Source: Bacillota bacterium (GTDB taxonomy: Bacteria; Bacillota; JAAYKD01). Taken from it: DNA of 64,000 nucleotides. The number at the start of each line of letters is the position of its first letter. Positions within the stretch are counted from its first letter, which is position 1. The DNA lies in contig OY762825.2 in NCBI GenBank assembly GCA_963666425.2, positions 2,528,001 through 2,592,000 on the forward strand. Direction: 5' to 3'. Under the pieces are notes generated by a model, which was given only the letters and a program-made list of their open reading frames with translations, did no database searches and was not told the origin of the DNA. The position numbers and the translations under genes were made by a program. Shown here in pieces: positions 1 to 11,120 of the stretch.

Positions 1-1633
1 TTTCATCCAGAAAACAAGTCTGGAAAGAACCGGTATGAGAATCCCAAGGTTCGGAAACCACCAGATCAGCGCCGAGTTTGCGCAGCGTTTGAATTGTTTC
101 GAGGCGGATGCGGTCTTCCATTAAGATGGTGGTGTCGTTGATAAACCCATACATCCGCGGCAGATAACCGGCAGTATAGGGATCCATCTTGTAAAAGAGA
201 AGATTGGTCAGCATCTGTGCCTGAGAGAAGGACGGATTACCGGGACTGCCGGTCATCAGCACCGGCTGACCATTTTTAAACAACAGCGTATGTCCCATGA
301 TCAAACGGGTGCGGGCGCCGGGGACCAATTTGATCTGCATCCCTTCGAAGCCATTGGCGGCGGCAGAACTGCCGCCCATCGGTACGCCGCCTACCACTGC
401 ACCGGCAATGCCACTGCCTTGAATGGTATTCATGATTTGCAGCCAATTGCCGTAGGTATCGACAATGCTGATTTCACAGCTGCCACAGGAAGCTTTCGGC
501 CGATCATCGGAAGCAAAACACTCACTGACCAGACTGCCGCGTGGACCGGGTTTGACAGTCAGTTTCATATGTTCGCTTAAATCGACTTTTGGTTTGTTGC
601 TTTCGATCAAACGGGCAAGGTAAGCGTGATAGGCAGGATCACGGAAGAGATCAAAATCCGGATTGGCTACGACGGTGTCATTCATATAACCGGTATGGAA
701 ATTCCCGATGCGTAAAGCTTGTGCCATATAATAGAGGTGTTCGCCGGAATAAGGTTCGTATTGCTCAAGATGCAGCTGATCCAGAATTCCTAAAATCAGG
801 GCTTGCTGCTGCCCTTGCTGCTGTGGTAAAGCCAAACAGGCAATCTCGTAATCTTTGACCCGAAAACGGTACGGTTCTACCCAGCGGGGTGGATTTTCCG
901 TCATATGAGCCAGATTGATCTGCCAGCCGAGCGAGTTGGCCTTCGCCACATACGCTTTTGCCCAATCGCCCTGAATCATATAGTCGGGTCCTTCCTTGGC
1001 GATCCCACGCAAGGTATCACCCAAACCCGGTTTCGGGAAACGTTCGCCGATTTTTACCAAACGTCCGTTGGGTTTGAAGTATTCTCTGGCTTCAGGGTAA
1101 TAGGTAAAGACAGCATGCATGTCCATGGTCGCTTCACGCTCAAATTCGGAAACATGATTGCCGTGATCTGCCCACCAGATCGCTTCTTCGCATAAATCGC
1201 TCCAGCTGAAGCTGCCATAACGTTCATGCAAAGCCTTGAGACCGGGAGCAAAGCCGGGAATGGAAGAGGCCATCGGAGCGGCACCCCAGCCGGCGCCGGG
1301 TCGGGCAGGCATGGGACGATGCAAAGCTAAGCCGCTGGGAAAGGTAGAGGTGCTGTCCAATTGAACTGTTTGGCGCGTTTTGGCATCATAATAGAGCGCA
1401 GTCACTGTACCGGCAAGGTTTGTCATATAAGGTTCTAAAACACCCTGCAGCAAACAGCCGGCAATTCCCGCATCGACGGCTGTGCCGCCTTTTTCCAGGA
1501 TCTGCAGCAAAGAGTAGGTAACCACCGCATTATCGGAACTCACTGCGGCTTTTACTCCTTTTACTGTATGTTTGGAAGCAGAGCCGGGCAGCCATCTGGC
1601 TTCGGAAAGATTAATTTCACGAGGGTTGAGCAT
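1..1633 (-). CDS. Gamma-glutamyltransferase (Ntn-hydrolase) family protein, runs off the left edge
   Basis: Not in the ORF track; both ends translated by hand. ATG at 1633 with GGAGG upstream. Reads MLNPREINLS...AAVSSDN...ILEKGGTAVDAGIAGCLLQGVLEPYM, and in the same frame SIVDTYGNW and TGSPGNP, which are GGT-family motifs. Confidence 0.85.
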   Translation of the reverse strand, partial: MLNPREINLSEARWLPGSASKHTVKGVKAAVSSDNAVVTYSLLQILEKGGTAVDAGIAGCLLQGVLEPYMTNLAGTVTALYYDAKTRQTVQLDSTSTFPSGLALHRPMPARPGAGWGAAPMASSIPGFAPGLKALHERYGSFSWSDLCEEAIWWADHGNHVSEFEREATMDMHAVFTYYPEAREYFKPNGRLVKIGERFPKPGLGDTLRGIAKEGPDYMIQGDWAKAYVAKANSLGWQINLAHMTENPPRWVEPYRFRVKDYEIACLALPQQQGQQQALILGILDQLHLEQYEPYSGEHLYYMAQALRIGNFHTGYMNDTVVANPDFDLFRDPAYHAYLARLIESNKPKVDLSEHMKLTVKPGPRGSLVSECFASDDRPKASCGSCEISIVDTYGNWLQIMNTIQGSGIAGAVVGGVPMGGSSAAANGFEGMQIKLVPGARTRLIMGHTLLFKNGQPVLMTGSPGNPSFSQAQMLTNLLFYKMDPYTAGYLPRMYGFINDTTILMEDRIRLETIQTLRKLGADLVVSEPWDSHTGSFQTCFLDE

Positions 1634-1760
1634 AAGATACCTCCTTTAAAATGATGATGCAGTTTTTTTCGACTGGGGGCTCGAAAAAACCTTTCTTAAA
1701 TCTTTGGCAATCGAAGAATTTCCATGAAGCGACGGCAAGAGCACACAGGTCTGGTATTGA

Positions 1761-1789
1761 TTGACAGAGCGCAGCGCGCATGCTATGAT
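1761..1789 (+). promoter_or_regulatory. Sigma-A promoter for fRMsr (TTGACA-17 bp-TATGAT, extended -10)
   Basis: TTGACA at 1761-1766 and TGcTATGAT ending at 1789. Confidence 0.7.
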
Positions 1790-1853
1790 ACAAAACAAAA
1801 TGATGCCATGCAGGAAGCAACAGTTTGCTGCACAACAGGAAGGATGGAAAGCC

Positions 1854-2342
1854 ATGATCGAAATACAATCGGATTATCCCACAACAAAGCCGGAATTATA
1901 CACTTTACTGCAGCAGCAATTGCGAGCGTTAGTGGAAGGGGAAAGACACTCTATCCCAAATTTAGCCAACACCGCAGCGCTCTTGGCCGGCGCCTTACTC
2001 AAGATCAATTGGGTCGGTTTCTATTTAATGACAGATGGCTATTTGCTGTTGGGACCGTTCCAGGGTAAACCGGCTTGTCTTCGGATCGCTTTGGGCAGCG
2101 GGGTTTGCGGAACTGCGGCGGCTTTGGACGAGACGCAGCGGATAGCCGATGTTCATTGTTTTCCCGGGCACATCGCCTGCGACTGTGCTTCCAATTCTGA
2201 GATTGTGATTCCGATTCATGCAGACGGCAAGGTCATTGGGGTGCTGGATATCGACAGCCCTTTCCCCAATCGTTTTGACGAAGAGGATCAGCAGGGTTTG
2301 CAGGAGTTGGTTCGTATTCTGGAGGCAGCCTGTTCTTGGTAA
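1854..2342 (+). CDS. msrC: GAF-domain free methionine-R-sulfoxide reductase (fRMsr)
   Basis: Motifs NWVGFYL, LGPFQGKPAC, GVCGTAA, FPGHIACD, SEIVIP, GVLDIDS. ATG 1854 chosen as the start. Confidence 0.92.
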   Translation: MIEIQSDYPTTKPELYTLLQQQLRALVEGERHSIPNLANTAALLAGALLKINWVGFYLMTDGYLLLGPFQGKPACLRIALGSGVCGTAAALDETQRIADVHCFPGHIACDCASNSEIVIPIHADGKVIGVLDIDSPFPNRFDEEDQQGLQELVRILEAACSW

Positions 2343-2418
2343 TGCTGCGCAGGAATTACTGCAAACTAAAAAAACTGCAGCCACAGGAGTGTCTTTGAAT
2401 TCCTTCTGATTCCAATGC

Positions 2419-2447
2419 TTGACATCGTGCTCTGTATTTGGTATAAA
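2419..2447 (+). promoter_or_regulatory. Sigma-A promoter for the lar leader/operon
   Basis: TTGACA (2419-2424), 17 bp spacer, TGgTATAAA (-10 at 2442-2447). Confidence 0.75.
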
Positions 2448-2453
2448 GGAAGT

Positions 2454-2630
2454 AAGATGCGCAGGAAGTGCATCAAGACCGCCAGAAGGCGAATCGATGG
2501 TTTTAAGATGCAGTCGACGTCTTTGCTTGGTAAAAAAGCCAAGCGCAGCCGCTTGATGCAGATTGGTTCACTTTCAAAGCAAGTAAAATGAAGTCTGAAG
2601 GCTTACAATTTTTGTAGGCCTTTTTTTTTT
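2454..2630 (+). ncRNA. Structured 5' leader (candidate riboswitch/attenuator or sRNA) ending in an intrinsic terminator
   Basis: A 9-bp stem TGCATCAAG (2469-2477)/CTTGATGCA (2552-2560) encloses three hairpins. Terminator AAGGCTTACAA/TTGTAGGCCTT plus T10 at 2598-2630 lies just before the larE RBS. Confidence 0.55.
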
Positions 2631-2643
2631 CAGGGAGGAAAAC

Positions 2644-3387
2644 ATGGATCTGAAGACTTTTTTTCAAATCAATCCAAAAGTAGCTTTGGGCTTTTCCGGT
2701 GGGGTGGATTCATCTTATTTACTCTATGCCGCCATCACTTACGGTGCTGATGTCAAAGCCTATTTTGTACAGACTCCTTTTCAACCGCAGTTTGAATTGG
2801 AAGATGCCAAACGCATTGCAGCGCAGCTGAAGGCGAATTGGCAGGTTTTGCCGTTGGATGTTCTGCAGGATTGCCAGGTGACAGCCAATAACAGCCAGCG
2901 CTGTTATTTTTGCAAGCAACAGATTTTTGGTAAACTGGCAGCGCAAGCCGCAGCAGACGGCTATTCTGTGATTATCGATGGCACCAATGCTTCGGATGAT
3001 CTGACCGATCGCCCCGGTATGCAGGCGCTGCAGGAAATGCGGGTGCTTTCGCCCTTGAGAGAATGCAAAATCAGCAAGGCTCAAATACGGCAGCTGTCCA
3101 AAGAAGCAGGACTTTTTACCTGGGATAAACCAGCTTATGCCTGTCTGGCCACCCGCATCCCCACGGATACGCCAATTACCGCAGAATTGTTGGTCAAAGC
3201 GGAGCGTGCTGAATCCGTCTTGTTTTCTTTGGGATTCACTGATTTTCGCGTGCGGCAATTGGGAGAATACGCACGAATTCAAGTGCCATCGGACCAATTT
3301 TCAGCCGTTATCGAAAAAAGAGAGGCAATTTTTCAGGCGCTGGCGGCGGATTACAGTGGGATTTTACTTGACCTTAAGTCAAGATAA
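2644..3387 (+). CDS. larE: ATP-dependent sulfur transferase LarE (nickel-pincer cofactor), probable [4Fe-4S] type
   Basis: PP-loop FSGGVDSS, RCYFCK, DGTNASD..RPG, WDKPAYACLATRIP; adjacent to larB and larC. Confidence 0.92.
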   Translation: MDLKTFFQINPKVALGFSGGVDSSYLLYAAITYGADVKAYFVQTPFQPQFELEDAKRIAAQLKANWQVLPLDVLQDCQVTANNSQRCYFCKQQIFGKLAAQAAADGYSVIIDGTNASDDLTDRPGMQALQEMRVLSPLRECKISKAQIRQLSKEAGLFTWDKPAYACLATRIPTDTPITAELLVKAERAESVLFSLGFTDFRVRQLGEYARIQVPSDQFSAVIEKREAIFQALAADYSGILLDLKSR

Positions 3388-3399
3388 GGAGCAGTGAGC

Positions 3400-4160
3400 A
3401 TGGATAAACAAGAGATTTATCAGTTGCTGCAGCAGGTCAAAACAGGGACGCTGACCCCGGAAGAAGCGGTTTTGTTATTGAAGATGCAGCCGTTTGAAGA
3501 TTTGGGTTATGCAAAGGTAGATCATCACCGTGGTTTGCGTCAAGGCGTTGCCGAAGTGATTTACGGAGCCGGTAAAACTGCCCAACAAATTGCCGGTATT
3601 GTTGCTTCATTACGCAGTGCAGGTCAGAAAACAGTCCTGATTACCCGACTTAGTGTGGAGGCAGCGGATTTTCTGGCAAGTCAGCAAGCGGAATTTACTT
3701 ATTATACAATTGCCAGAGTTGGTATCGTCGGTCAAATCCCGCTGCCACGTGTACCGGGGAAAATTATCATCGCCACGGGTGGGACCAGTGACATGGCTGT
3801 GGCAGAAGAGGCAGCTCTGACCGCCGAAGCGCTGGGCAATGAGGTAATCCGCCTCTATGATGTAGGTGTTGCCGGCTTGCACCGCCTATTGTCCAAGCTG
3901 GATGTGCTGATGCAGGCGCGGGTGGTGATTGCAGTCGCTGGTATGGAGGGAGCGCTCGCCAGTGTCGTTGGCGGTTTGGTAGATTGTCCGGTGATTGCCG
4001 TGCCGACTAGTGTGGGTTATGGTGCCGCGTTTGGCGGCTTGGCGGCTTTGCTGGCCATGCTGAATTCCTGCGCCAGCGGTGTGAGTGTAGTGAACATCGA
4101 CAACGGTTTTGGTGCGGGTTATTTAGCGAGTATGATCAATCAAATAGGGGAGTTGAAGCA

Positions 4161-4164
<4 letters not shown>
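3400..4164 (+). CDS. larB: NaAD carboxylase/hydrolase LarB
   Basis: [60 protein letters not shown]. Confidence 0.95.
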
Positions 4165-5441
<1,277 letters not shown>

Positions 5442-5695
5442 AAGAAGATAAGCAAGAGGCTCCGAAACAGGCTGCAATAACAGCAGTTCCGGAGCCTTTA
5501 TTCTCAACTGCAAAGAATGAAAATTTTACATAAATACAGGAATCCGGCAGCAGTATCTTGAATAAAACAAAAAATATTCGTCCCAAAAATAAAATAGGTT
5601 TTAAGTCTGCTCAAACAAGCAAAAGTTTTTTTACAGGTGCATGAGAGTGACCAGTAAAAGGATTTGAGAGAGAGCAGAATCAGGAGAGTGATGTC

Positions 5696-5875
5696 ATGGA
5701 TTTTTTCGTAAGTAATCTTTTCACTTTGTTATGTTTGGTGATCTCTATTTTCTTTATTTGGCAAAGCCGGGATGCGCGGCACCTTTCATTTCGTCGTTAT
5801 GGTTATCTTTTCTTGGCTGTTGCGACCGGTTTCTTTTTCTATGGAATTTATAGCTTGCTTCGCATGATAGCATGA
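5696..5875 (+). CDS. Small 59-aa membrane protein with two predicted TM helices
   Basis: AGGAGAG RBS; MDFFVSNLFTLLCLVISIFFIWQSRDARHLSFRRYGYLFLAVATGFFFYGIYSLLRMIA*; followed by a terminator. Below the ORF-track cutoff. Confidence 0.6.
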   Translation: MDFFVSNLFTLLCLVISIFFIWQSRDARHLSFRRYGYLFLAVATGFFFYGIYSLLRMIA

Positions 5876-5890
5876 GAAGAAGCAGAACGA

Positions 5891-5932
5891 CAAGCGGTAA
5901 AACTGTATTTAGAACAGTTTCACCGCTTTTTC
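5891..5932 (+). terminator. Intrinsic terminator after the small ORF
   Basis: AAGCGGTAAAACTG...CAGTTTCACCGCTT followed by a T run. Confidence 0.65.
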
Positions 5933-6032
5933 ATTTTCTGTTTCCGGCAGCAGGTAGATAACCAGGTGAAAGAGAAATAGTAGGATCAGTTGTCTCGATC
6001 AGGAGCAAGATTTGTGATGAGGTGAGGGAAAA

Positions 6033-6818
6033 TTGCATATTATTGTATGTATTAAGCAGGTACCGGGAACGATGAAGGTGGAAGTAGATCCAGAAACCGG
6101 GGTTTTGAAGCGGGAAGGGATTGCCAATAAAATGAACCCGTATGATTTATTTGCTTTGGAAACCGCTTTACGCTTGAAAGAAGCAATCGGAGCCAGGGTT
6201 ACTGTAATATCGATGGGACCTCAACAGGCAGCATCTGTCATCCGCGAAGCCTATTGGATGGGGGTAGACGCAGGTGTGCTGCTGAGTGATAGGCGTTTTG
6301 GCGGTGCTGATGTGCTTGCTACTTCCTATACGCTGGCACAGGGAATTCGAACCTTGGCTGTGGCCGACTTGATTCTTTGCGGTAAACAAACGACAGACGG
6401 TGATACGGCACAGGTTGGGCCTGAATTGGCGCAATGGCTCAAGATACCGAACTTGTGTAATGTCCTCGAAATCCAGGCAGGCGAGAGGGATGCTGAAGTA
6501 AAAATTGATCTCAACCAAATCATACAAACCGTTCGGATCAAATACCCTTGCCTTTTAACCGTTGAAAAAGACATTTTCATGCCGCGGTTACCTTCTTATC
6601 GTTTAAAAAAAGCTACCGCACAATGGACGATCAAGGTTTTGAGCCTGGATGATCTTGCGGACCGGGATGCGCGTCATTATGGCTTAACTGGTTCAGCAAC
6701 CCAGGTTGAGCGAATTTTCCCGCCGCAAGCGGAGGGTGAGCATGAGATACTGCAAGGCAGCGGACGCAGTTTGGCGGCGACTGCCGCGGAGAAATTGCGG
6801 CTGCATGAGCTGCTCTGA
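6033..6818 (+). CDS. etfB: Electron transfer flavoprotein beta subunit (LctB-like)
   Basis: IIVCIKQVP, NPYD..ALE.AL, SMGP, GADVLATS, CGKQTTDGDTAQVGP (bifurcating-type motif). TTG start. Confidence 0.93.
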   Translation: MHIIVCIKQVPGTMKVEVDPETGVLKREGIANKMNPYDLFALETALRLKEAIGARVTVISMGPQQAASVIREAYWMGVDAGVLLSDRRFGGADVLATSYTLAQGIRTLAVADLILCGKQTTDGDTAQVGPELAQWLKIPNLCNVLEIQAGERDAEVKIDLNQIIQTVRIKYPCLLTVEKDIFMPRLPSYRLKKATAQWTIKVLSLDDLADRDARHYGLTGSATQVERIFPPQAEGEHEILQGSGRSLAATAAEKLRLHELL

Positions 6819-6843
6819 GTTAAAAGACTGGAGGGTCTAAAAG

Positions 6844-8034
6844 TTGGCAGAATTAAAGATAAATCAAGACAAGGTAGTTGACCGATATAAACTTATCGGT
6901 CTATGCCCATTCCAGGCGCTTTACATCGATGAAACAGGAAGTATTGCACTAAATGATCGCTGTAAGCTCTGTAAACTCTGTTTGAAATTTTCTGATGGTG
7001 CGATCGAACTGGTGGAGGAAATTGAACCAAAACAAGATTTCAGTTGCTGGAAAGACCTGGCAGTCTATTTGGAATGCCAGAATGGTAAAATTCATCCGAT
7101 TGCTTGGGAATTGGTGGGCAAAGCCCAAGAACTTGCGAAACAGTTGCATCAGCGCGTTTGTGGTGTTTTGATCGGTATGGATTTGGCAGCACCAATTGCC
7201 GAAGCGAAAAAATACGGTTTGGATGAATTGGTGATCTATGAAGCAGAGGAACTGCGCTATTTTCGCATTGAACCCTATACGGCAGCCTGGACGGATTTTA
7301 TTATTGATAAGAAACCTAATATCATTTTAATCGGCGCAACAAATTTAGGCCGTTCCTTGGCACCCCGGCTTGCTGCTTGCTTTTCTACCGGATTAACGGC
7401 GGATTGCACGGTTTTACGTGTGGAAAGTGACGGCGCACTGGTGCAGATCCGGCCGGCTTTTGGCGGTAATATTATGGCACAAATCAAAACGCCAGGCAGC
7501 AGACCGCAGATGGCAACCGTGCGTTATAAAGTGATGCAGGCTGCGCTGCCGAATGCTGTCAAAATACCGAACATTGAGTTCCGTCAACTGGCCCAAACAC
7601 AGCTTGTTTCTGCCATCACACTGCTGCGGATGGAAGCGAAACCGCCGGTGCAGGATATCAGTGACGCTGAAGTCATTATTGCAGTCGGTCGGGGTGTAAA
7701 ACGGCAGGAGGATCTGAAGTTGATCGGGCAATTGGCGGATCGTCTGAATGCAACCTTAGCCTTTAGCAGACCAATGATCGAAGCAGGCTGGGCGGATGCG
7801 CGGCAGCAGATTGGTTTATCCGGCAGAACGATCAAACCGAAATTGCTGATTGCCTTAGGAATTTCCGGCTCGGTGCAGTTTGTGGCCGGGATGAGCGGTT
7901 CTGCTTATACAATCGCCGTCAATACGGATGCCCAAGCTCCGATTTTTCAAGTTGCGCATCTTGGTTTGGTGGGGGATTGCTTTGAGTTTGTCAGAGAATT
8001 ATTGGCTATCCTGGATGAAAAGGCAGGTGTTTGA
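6844..8034 (+). CDS. etfA: Electron transfer flavoprotein alpha subunit with an N-terminal Fe-S domain (LctC-like)
   Basis: N-terminal CPF...CKLCKLC; GLTADCT, RPAFGGN, RPQMATVR, QIGLSG, GISGSVQF. Confidence 0.93.
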   Translation: MAELKINQDKVVDRYKLIGLCPFQALYIDETGSIALNDRCKLCKLCLKFSDGAIELVEEIEPKQDFSCWKDLAVYLECQNGKIHPIAWELVGKAQELAKQLHQRVCGVLIGMDLAAPIAEAKKYGLDELVIYEAEELRYFRIEPYTAAWTDFIIDKKPNIILIGATNLGRSLAPRLAACFSTGLTADCTVLRVESDGALVQIRPAFGGNIMAQIKTPGSRPQMATVRYKVMQAALPNAVKIPNIEFRQLAQTQLVSAITLLRMEAKPPVQDISDAEVIIAVGRGVKRQEDLKLIGQLADRLNATLAFSRPMIEAGWADARQQIGLSGRTIKPKLLIALGISGSVQFVAGMSGSAYTIAVNTDAQAPIFQVAHLGLVGDCFEFVRELLAILDEKAGV

Positions 8035-8035
8035 A

Positions 8036-9442
8036 ATGCAGACTTATACACGAATGACTTCGGAGCACCTGATTGCTCTGCGTCAGATCCTGGCAGCGGA
8101 ACGAGTGCTGACGGGTGATGAGATTGCGGCAGAATATGGCCATGACGAACTGTCCGGCATGATTGTGATGCCTCAGGTTGTTCTGCAGCCGCTGTCTACT
8201 GCTGAAGTAGCCGGAGTGCTTCAGTTTGCCAGCGAACAGCGTATTCCCGTGACGCCGAGGGGACAAGGAACCGGTTTGGTTGGCGGCTGCGTACCTGTTT
8301 GCGGCGGAATTACGCTGGATATGAGTAAAATGAATCGAATTTTGGAACTCGATATGGATAACCTAACCCTGACAGTGGAGCCTGGTGTTCTCTTGATGGA
8401 TGTCACCAAGTTTGTTGAGGAGCGGCAGCTTTTTTATCCGCCGGATCCGGGAGAGAAAAGTGCCAGCATCGGCGGTAATATATCTACGAATGCCGGCGGT
8501 ATGCGGGCTGTAAAATACGGCGTTACCCGGGATTATGTTCGTGGCTTGGAAGTGGTTTTGGCAAACGGTACCATTCTCAACCTCAATGGCAAGGTCGCGA
8601 AAAATTCTTCTGGTTATGATCTGAAAGATTTGATCATTGGTTCGGAGGGGACGCTGGCTGTCGTGACCAAAGCAATTTTGAAATTGCTGCCTTATCCGTC
8701 TGAAACAATCAGCTTATTGATTCCCTTTGCCGATTTGAAAACCGCGATCAATACGGTGCCTTTGATTCTGCAGTCCCGCACGAATCCGGTGGCGGTGGAG
8801 TTCTTCGAACGCGAAACGATCATAGCCGCGGAGCATTTTCTGGGTAAACATTTCCCGGATCATTCAGCACCGGCCTATTTACTGCTTAGTTTTGATGGCA
8901 ACAGCCCGGCAGAACTGGAGCAGATCTATGAGACAGCAGCTGATTTATGTTTAGATAACGGCGCTCTGGATGTGCTGATTGCAGATACGCAGGAGCGTAA
9001 AGAATCTATTTGGAGTGCCCGCAGTGCTTTTCTGGAAGGTATCAAGGCAGCAGCCGGTGAAATCGACGAATGCGACGTGGTGGTACCACGGAAATTGGTG
9101 GCTGAGTTTATGCAGTTTGCCCATGGTTTAGAAGCAAAATACGGCGTTGGGATCCGTGGCTTCGGACATGCCGGAGATGGAAATCTGCATATTTACGCAA
9201 TGCGGGAAAACATGCAGGAATCCGACTGGCAAAAAGGGAAGAAGGCAGTTATGGCAGCGCTTTACCAACAGGCAGCGCTCTATGAAGGTCAGGTTTCTGG
9301 GGAACATGGCATCGGATGGGAAAAACAGGAGTATTTACTGCAGCGTTTAGGGAAAGCGCAGGTTTGCTTAATGCAGGCGGTGAAACAGGTATTCGATCCT
9401 TCTGGTATCTTAAACCCTCAGAAGATTTTCAAACTCGCATAA
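8036..9442 (+). CDS. FAD-linked D-lactate/glycolate dehydrogenase (LctD/GlcD family)
   Basis: PRGQGTGLVGG, PPDPG, GGNISTNAGG..AVKYG, SEGTL, GHAGDGNLH, GEHGIG. ATG 8036 follows the etfA stop. Confidence 0.9.
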   Translation: MQTYTRMTSEHLIALRQILAAERVLTGDEIAAEYGHDELSGMIVMPQVVLQPLSTAEVAGVLQFASEQRIPVTPRGQGTGLVGGCVPVCGGITLDMSKMNRILELDMDNLTLTVEPGVLLMDVTKFVEERQLFYPPDPGEKSASIGGNISTNAGGMRAVKYGVTRDYVRGLEVVLANGTILNLNGKVAKNSSGYDLKDLIIGSEGTLAVVTKAILKLLPYPSETISLLIPFADLKTAINTVPLILQSRTNPVAVEFFERETIIAAEHFLGKHFPDHSAPAYLLLSFDGNSPAELEQIYETAADLCLDNGALDVLIADTQERKESIWSARSAFLEGIKAAAGEIDECDVVVPRKLVAEFMQFAHGLEAKYGVGIRGFGHAGDGNLHIYAMRENMQESDWQKGKKAVMAALYQQAALYEGQVSGEHGIGWEKQEYLLQRLGKAQVCLMQAVKQVFDPSGILNPQKIFKLA

Positions 9443-9561
9443 AATCATGGTGATTGCAGGAGCAGCCAATTGGAAATTCAGCTGAATAGTCAATCTGGAT
9501 GGTGGCTTGCAGTCAGGCGACGCAGTCATCGGACCGATCTGGTTGGGAGGGAGAAAGTAAG

Positions 9562-10869
9562 ATGCTGTTTCAAAACATTGCTTTTCTCGATGAGCATAAC
9601 AACGTGATTCCAAACGGTTATGTTGCTGTCGAGAATAGGAGAATTGCCTATACAGGCGAGACACCGCCGCAGGGCGATTTCGGTGAATGCTACTGTGGCG
9701 AAGGAAAACTGTTGCTGCCTGGATTTGTCAACAGCCACAGCCACACGCCGATGACGCTGCTGCGAGGCTACGGAGAAAACATGGCGTTGGCGTCTTGGCT
9801 GAACAATTGCGTTTTTCCGTTTGAAGCACACTGGAAGCCGGCTGAAATCTACTATGCTACCCTTTTGGGCATTGCCGAAATGGCTCGTTTCGGTATTGTC
9901 TCTACGACGGATATGTACTATTTTGTGCCCCAGATCGCGGATGCGTTTTTATCAGCCGGCATGAAGGCAAATCTTTCTCATACCATCGTCGGTACTTACG
10001 GCGGCGATTTTAACCGTTCACCGGTCAGTCTGGAAACCAGGCGGGTTCATTCGGAGTATCACGGCGCCGATGACGGCTTGATCCGTATTGATGTTGGTTT
10101 ACATGGCGAATATACTACCGATGAAAAAATGGTCAGAGGAGCAGTGAGTTTAGCCAAGGAGTTACAAACAGGGATTCACGTGCATCTTTCTGAAACCAAA
10201 GAAGAAACTGAGGGCTGCCGCAGCCGTCATAAAGGGTTTACTCCTGTGCAGTATTTTAATCGCTTGGGCCTTTTTGATGTACCGGTTACAGCAGCGCACG
10301 GAGTTTGGCTGGAAGCGGAAGATTATCCAATTTTACAGGAACATCAGGTAACCGTGGCGACCTGTCCCAAGAGCAACCTGAAACTGGCGAGCGGGATTCT
10401 GCCTTATCTTACTTTGAAGCAAGCCGGAATTCGGGTTGCTTTGGGAACCGATGGTGCAGCCAGTAATAACAATTTAAATATGCTGGAGGAAATGCGCTTT
10501 TTTGCTCTCCTGCAAAAAACCAAATATAACGACCCCACTTTAGTCACACCGACAGAAGCGCTGCAGGCCGCTACCGTCAATGGCTGGCAGGCGCAGCGGC
10601 GTGAGAACTGCGGTATCCTGGCAAAAGGTTATCGGGCAGATTTGACGGTTCTGGACACAACCTCACCCTCCTGGCAGCCGGTTCACCAAATGCTGAGCAA
10701 TCTGCTCTATTCAGCCAGCGGCAGTGATGTTTGCCTGACGATGGTAGACGGCAAGGTAATTTATCGGGATGGCTGTTATCCCACCATTGATCTGGAACGG
10801 GTTTACTTTGAAGTAGAAGCTGCAAAAAAAAGAATTTTAGGCGAACTGAAAATGGAATCAGCACGATAA
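9562..10869 (+). CDS. mtaD: Amidohydrolase, 5'-methylthioadenosine/S-adenosylhomocysteine deaminase family
   Basis: PGFVNSHSHTPMTLLRG, DMY, HVHLSET, CPKSNLKLASG, LGTDGAASNNNL. Confidence 0.8.
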   Translation: MLFQNIAFLDEHNNVIPNGYVAVENRRIAYTGETPPQGDFGECYCGEGKLLLPGFVNSHSHTPMTLLRGYGENMALASWLNNCVFPFEAHWKPAEIYYATLLGIAEMARFGIVSTTDMYYFVPQIADAFLSAGMKANLSHTIVGTYGGDFNRSPVSLETRRVHSEYHGADDGLIRIDVGLHGEYTTDEKMVRGAVSLAKELQTGIHVHLSETKEETEGCRSRHKGFTPVQYFNRLGLFDVPVTAAHGVWLEAEDYPILQEHQVTVATCPKSNLKLASGILPYLTLKQAGIRVALGTDGAASNNNLNMLEEMRFFALLQKTKYNDPTLVTPTEALQAATVNGWQAQRRENCGILAKGYRADLTVLDTTSPSWQPVHQMLSNLLYSASGSDVCLTMVDGKVIYRDGCYPTIDLERVYFEVEAAKKRILGELKMESAR

Positions 10870-10933
10870 AGTCACAGGGAAACCAAGTTCTGCCAGACAG
10901 TGGAAAGCAAAACCTAAAAGCAAAAAGAATTAT

Positions 10934-10985
10934 GGCAAGATCTGAAATCCGAAAGGATAACTTGATTCAGATCTTGCTTTTTTGT
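10934..10985 (+). terminator. Intrinsic terminator after the deaminase gene
   Basis: GCAAGATCTGAA...TTCAGATCTTGC followed by a T run. Confidence 0.65.
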
Positions 10986-11120
10986 TGAATCATGTCAGTG
11001 CAGCCAGAAACCATCGGTGAAAGAAAATTCATTTGCATGCGAAGCAAATCCGAAAGGAATTGAGCAATCTTTGTAGAATATAGTTGCGATTTTATTTATT
11101 TTAGCGAAGGAGGGACCGAT

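Noticed and set aside
290..1284. Short ORFs in the track over the first 1.3 kb
   Set aside because: They overlap the long minus-strand GGT-family frame, which the track missed because it runs off the window.
11040..11065. c-di-GMP-I riboswitch (GCAAA..GAAA) upstream of tldD
   Set aside because: The second stem and the following GCAAAG element are absent.
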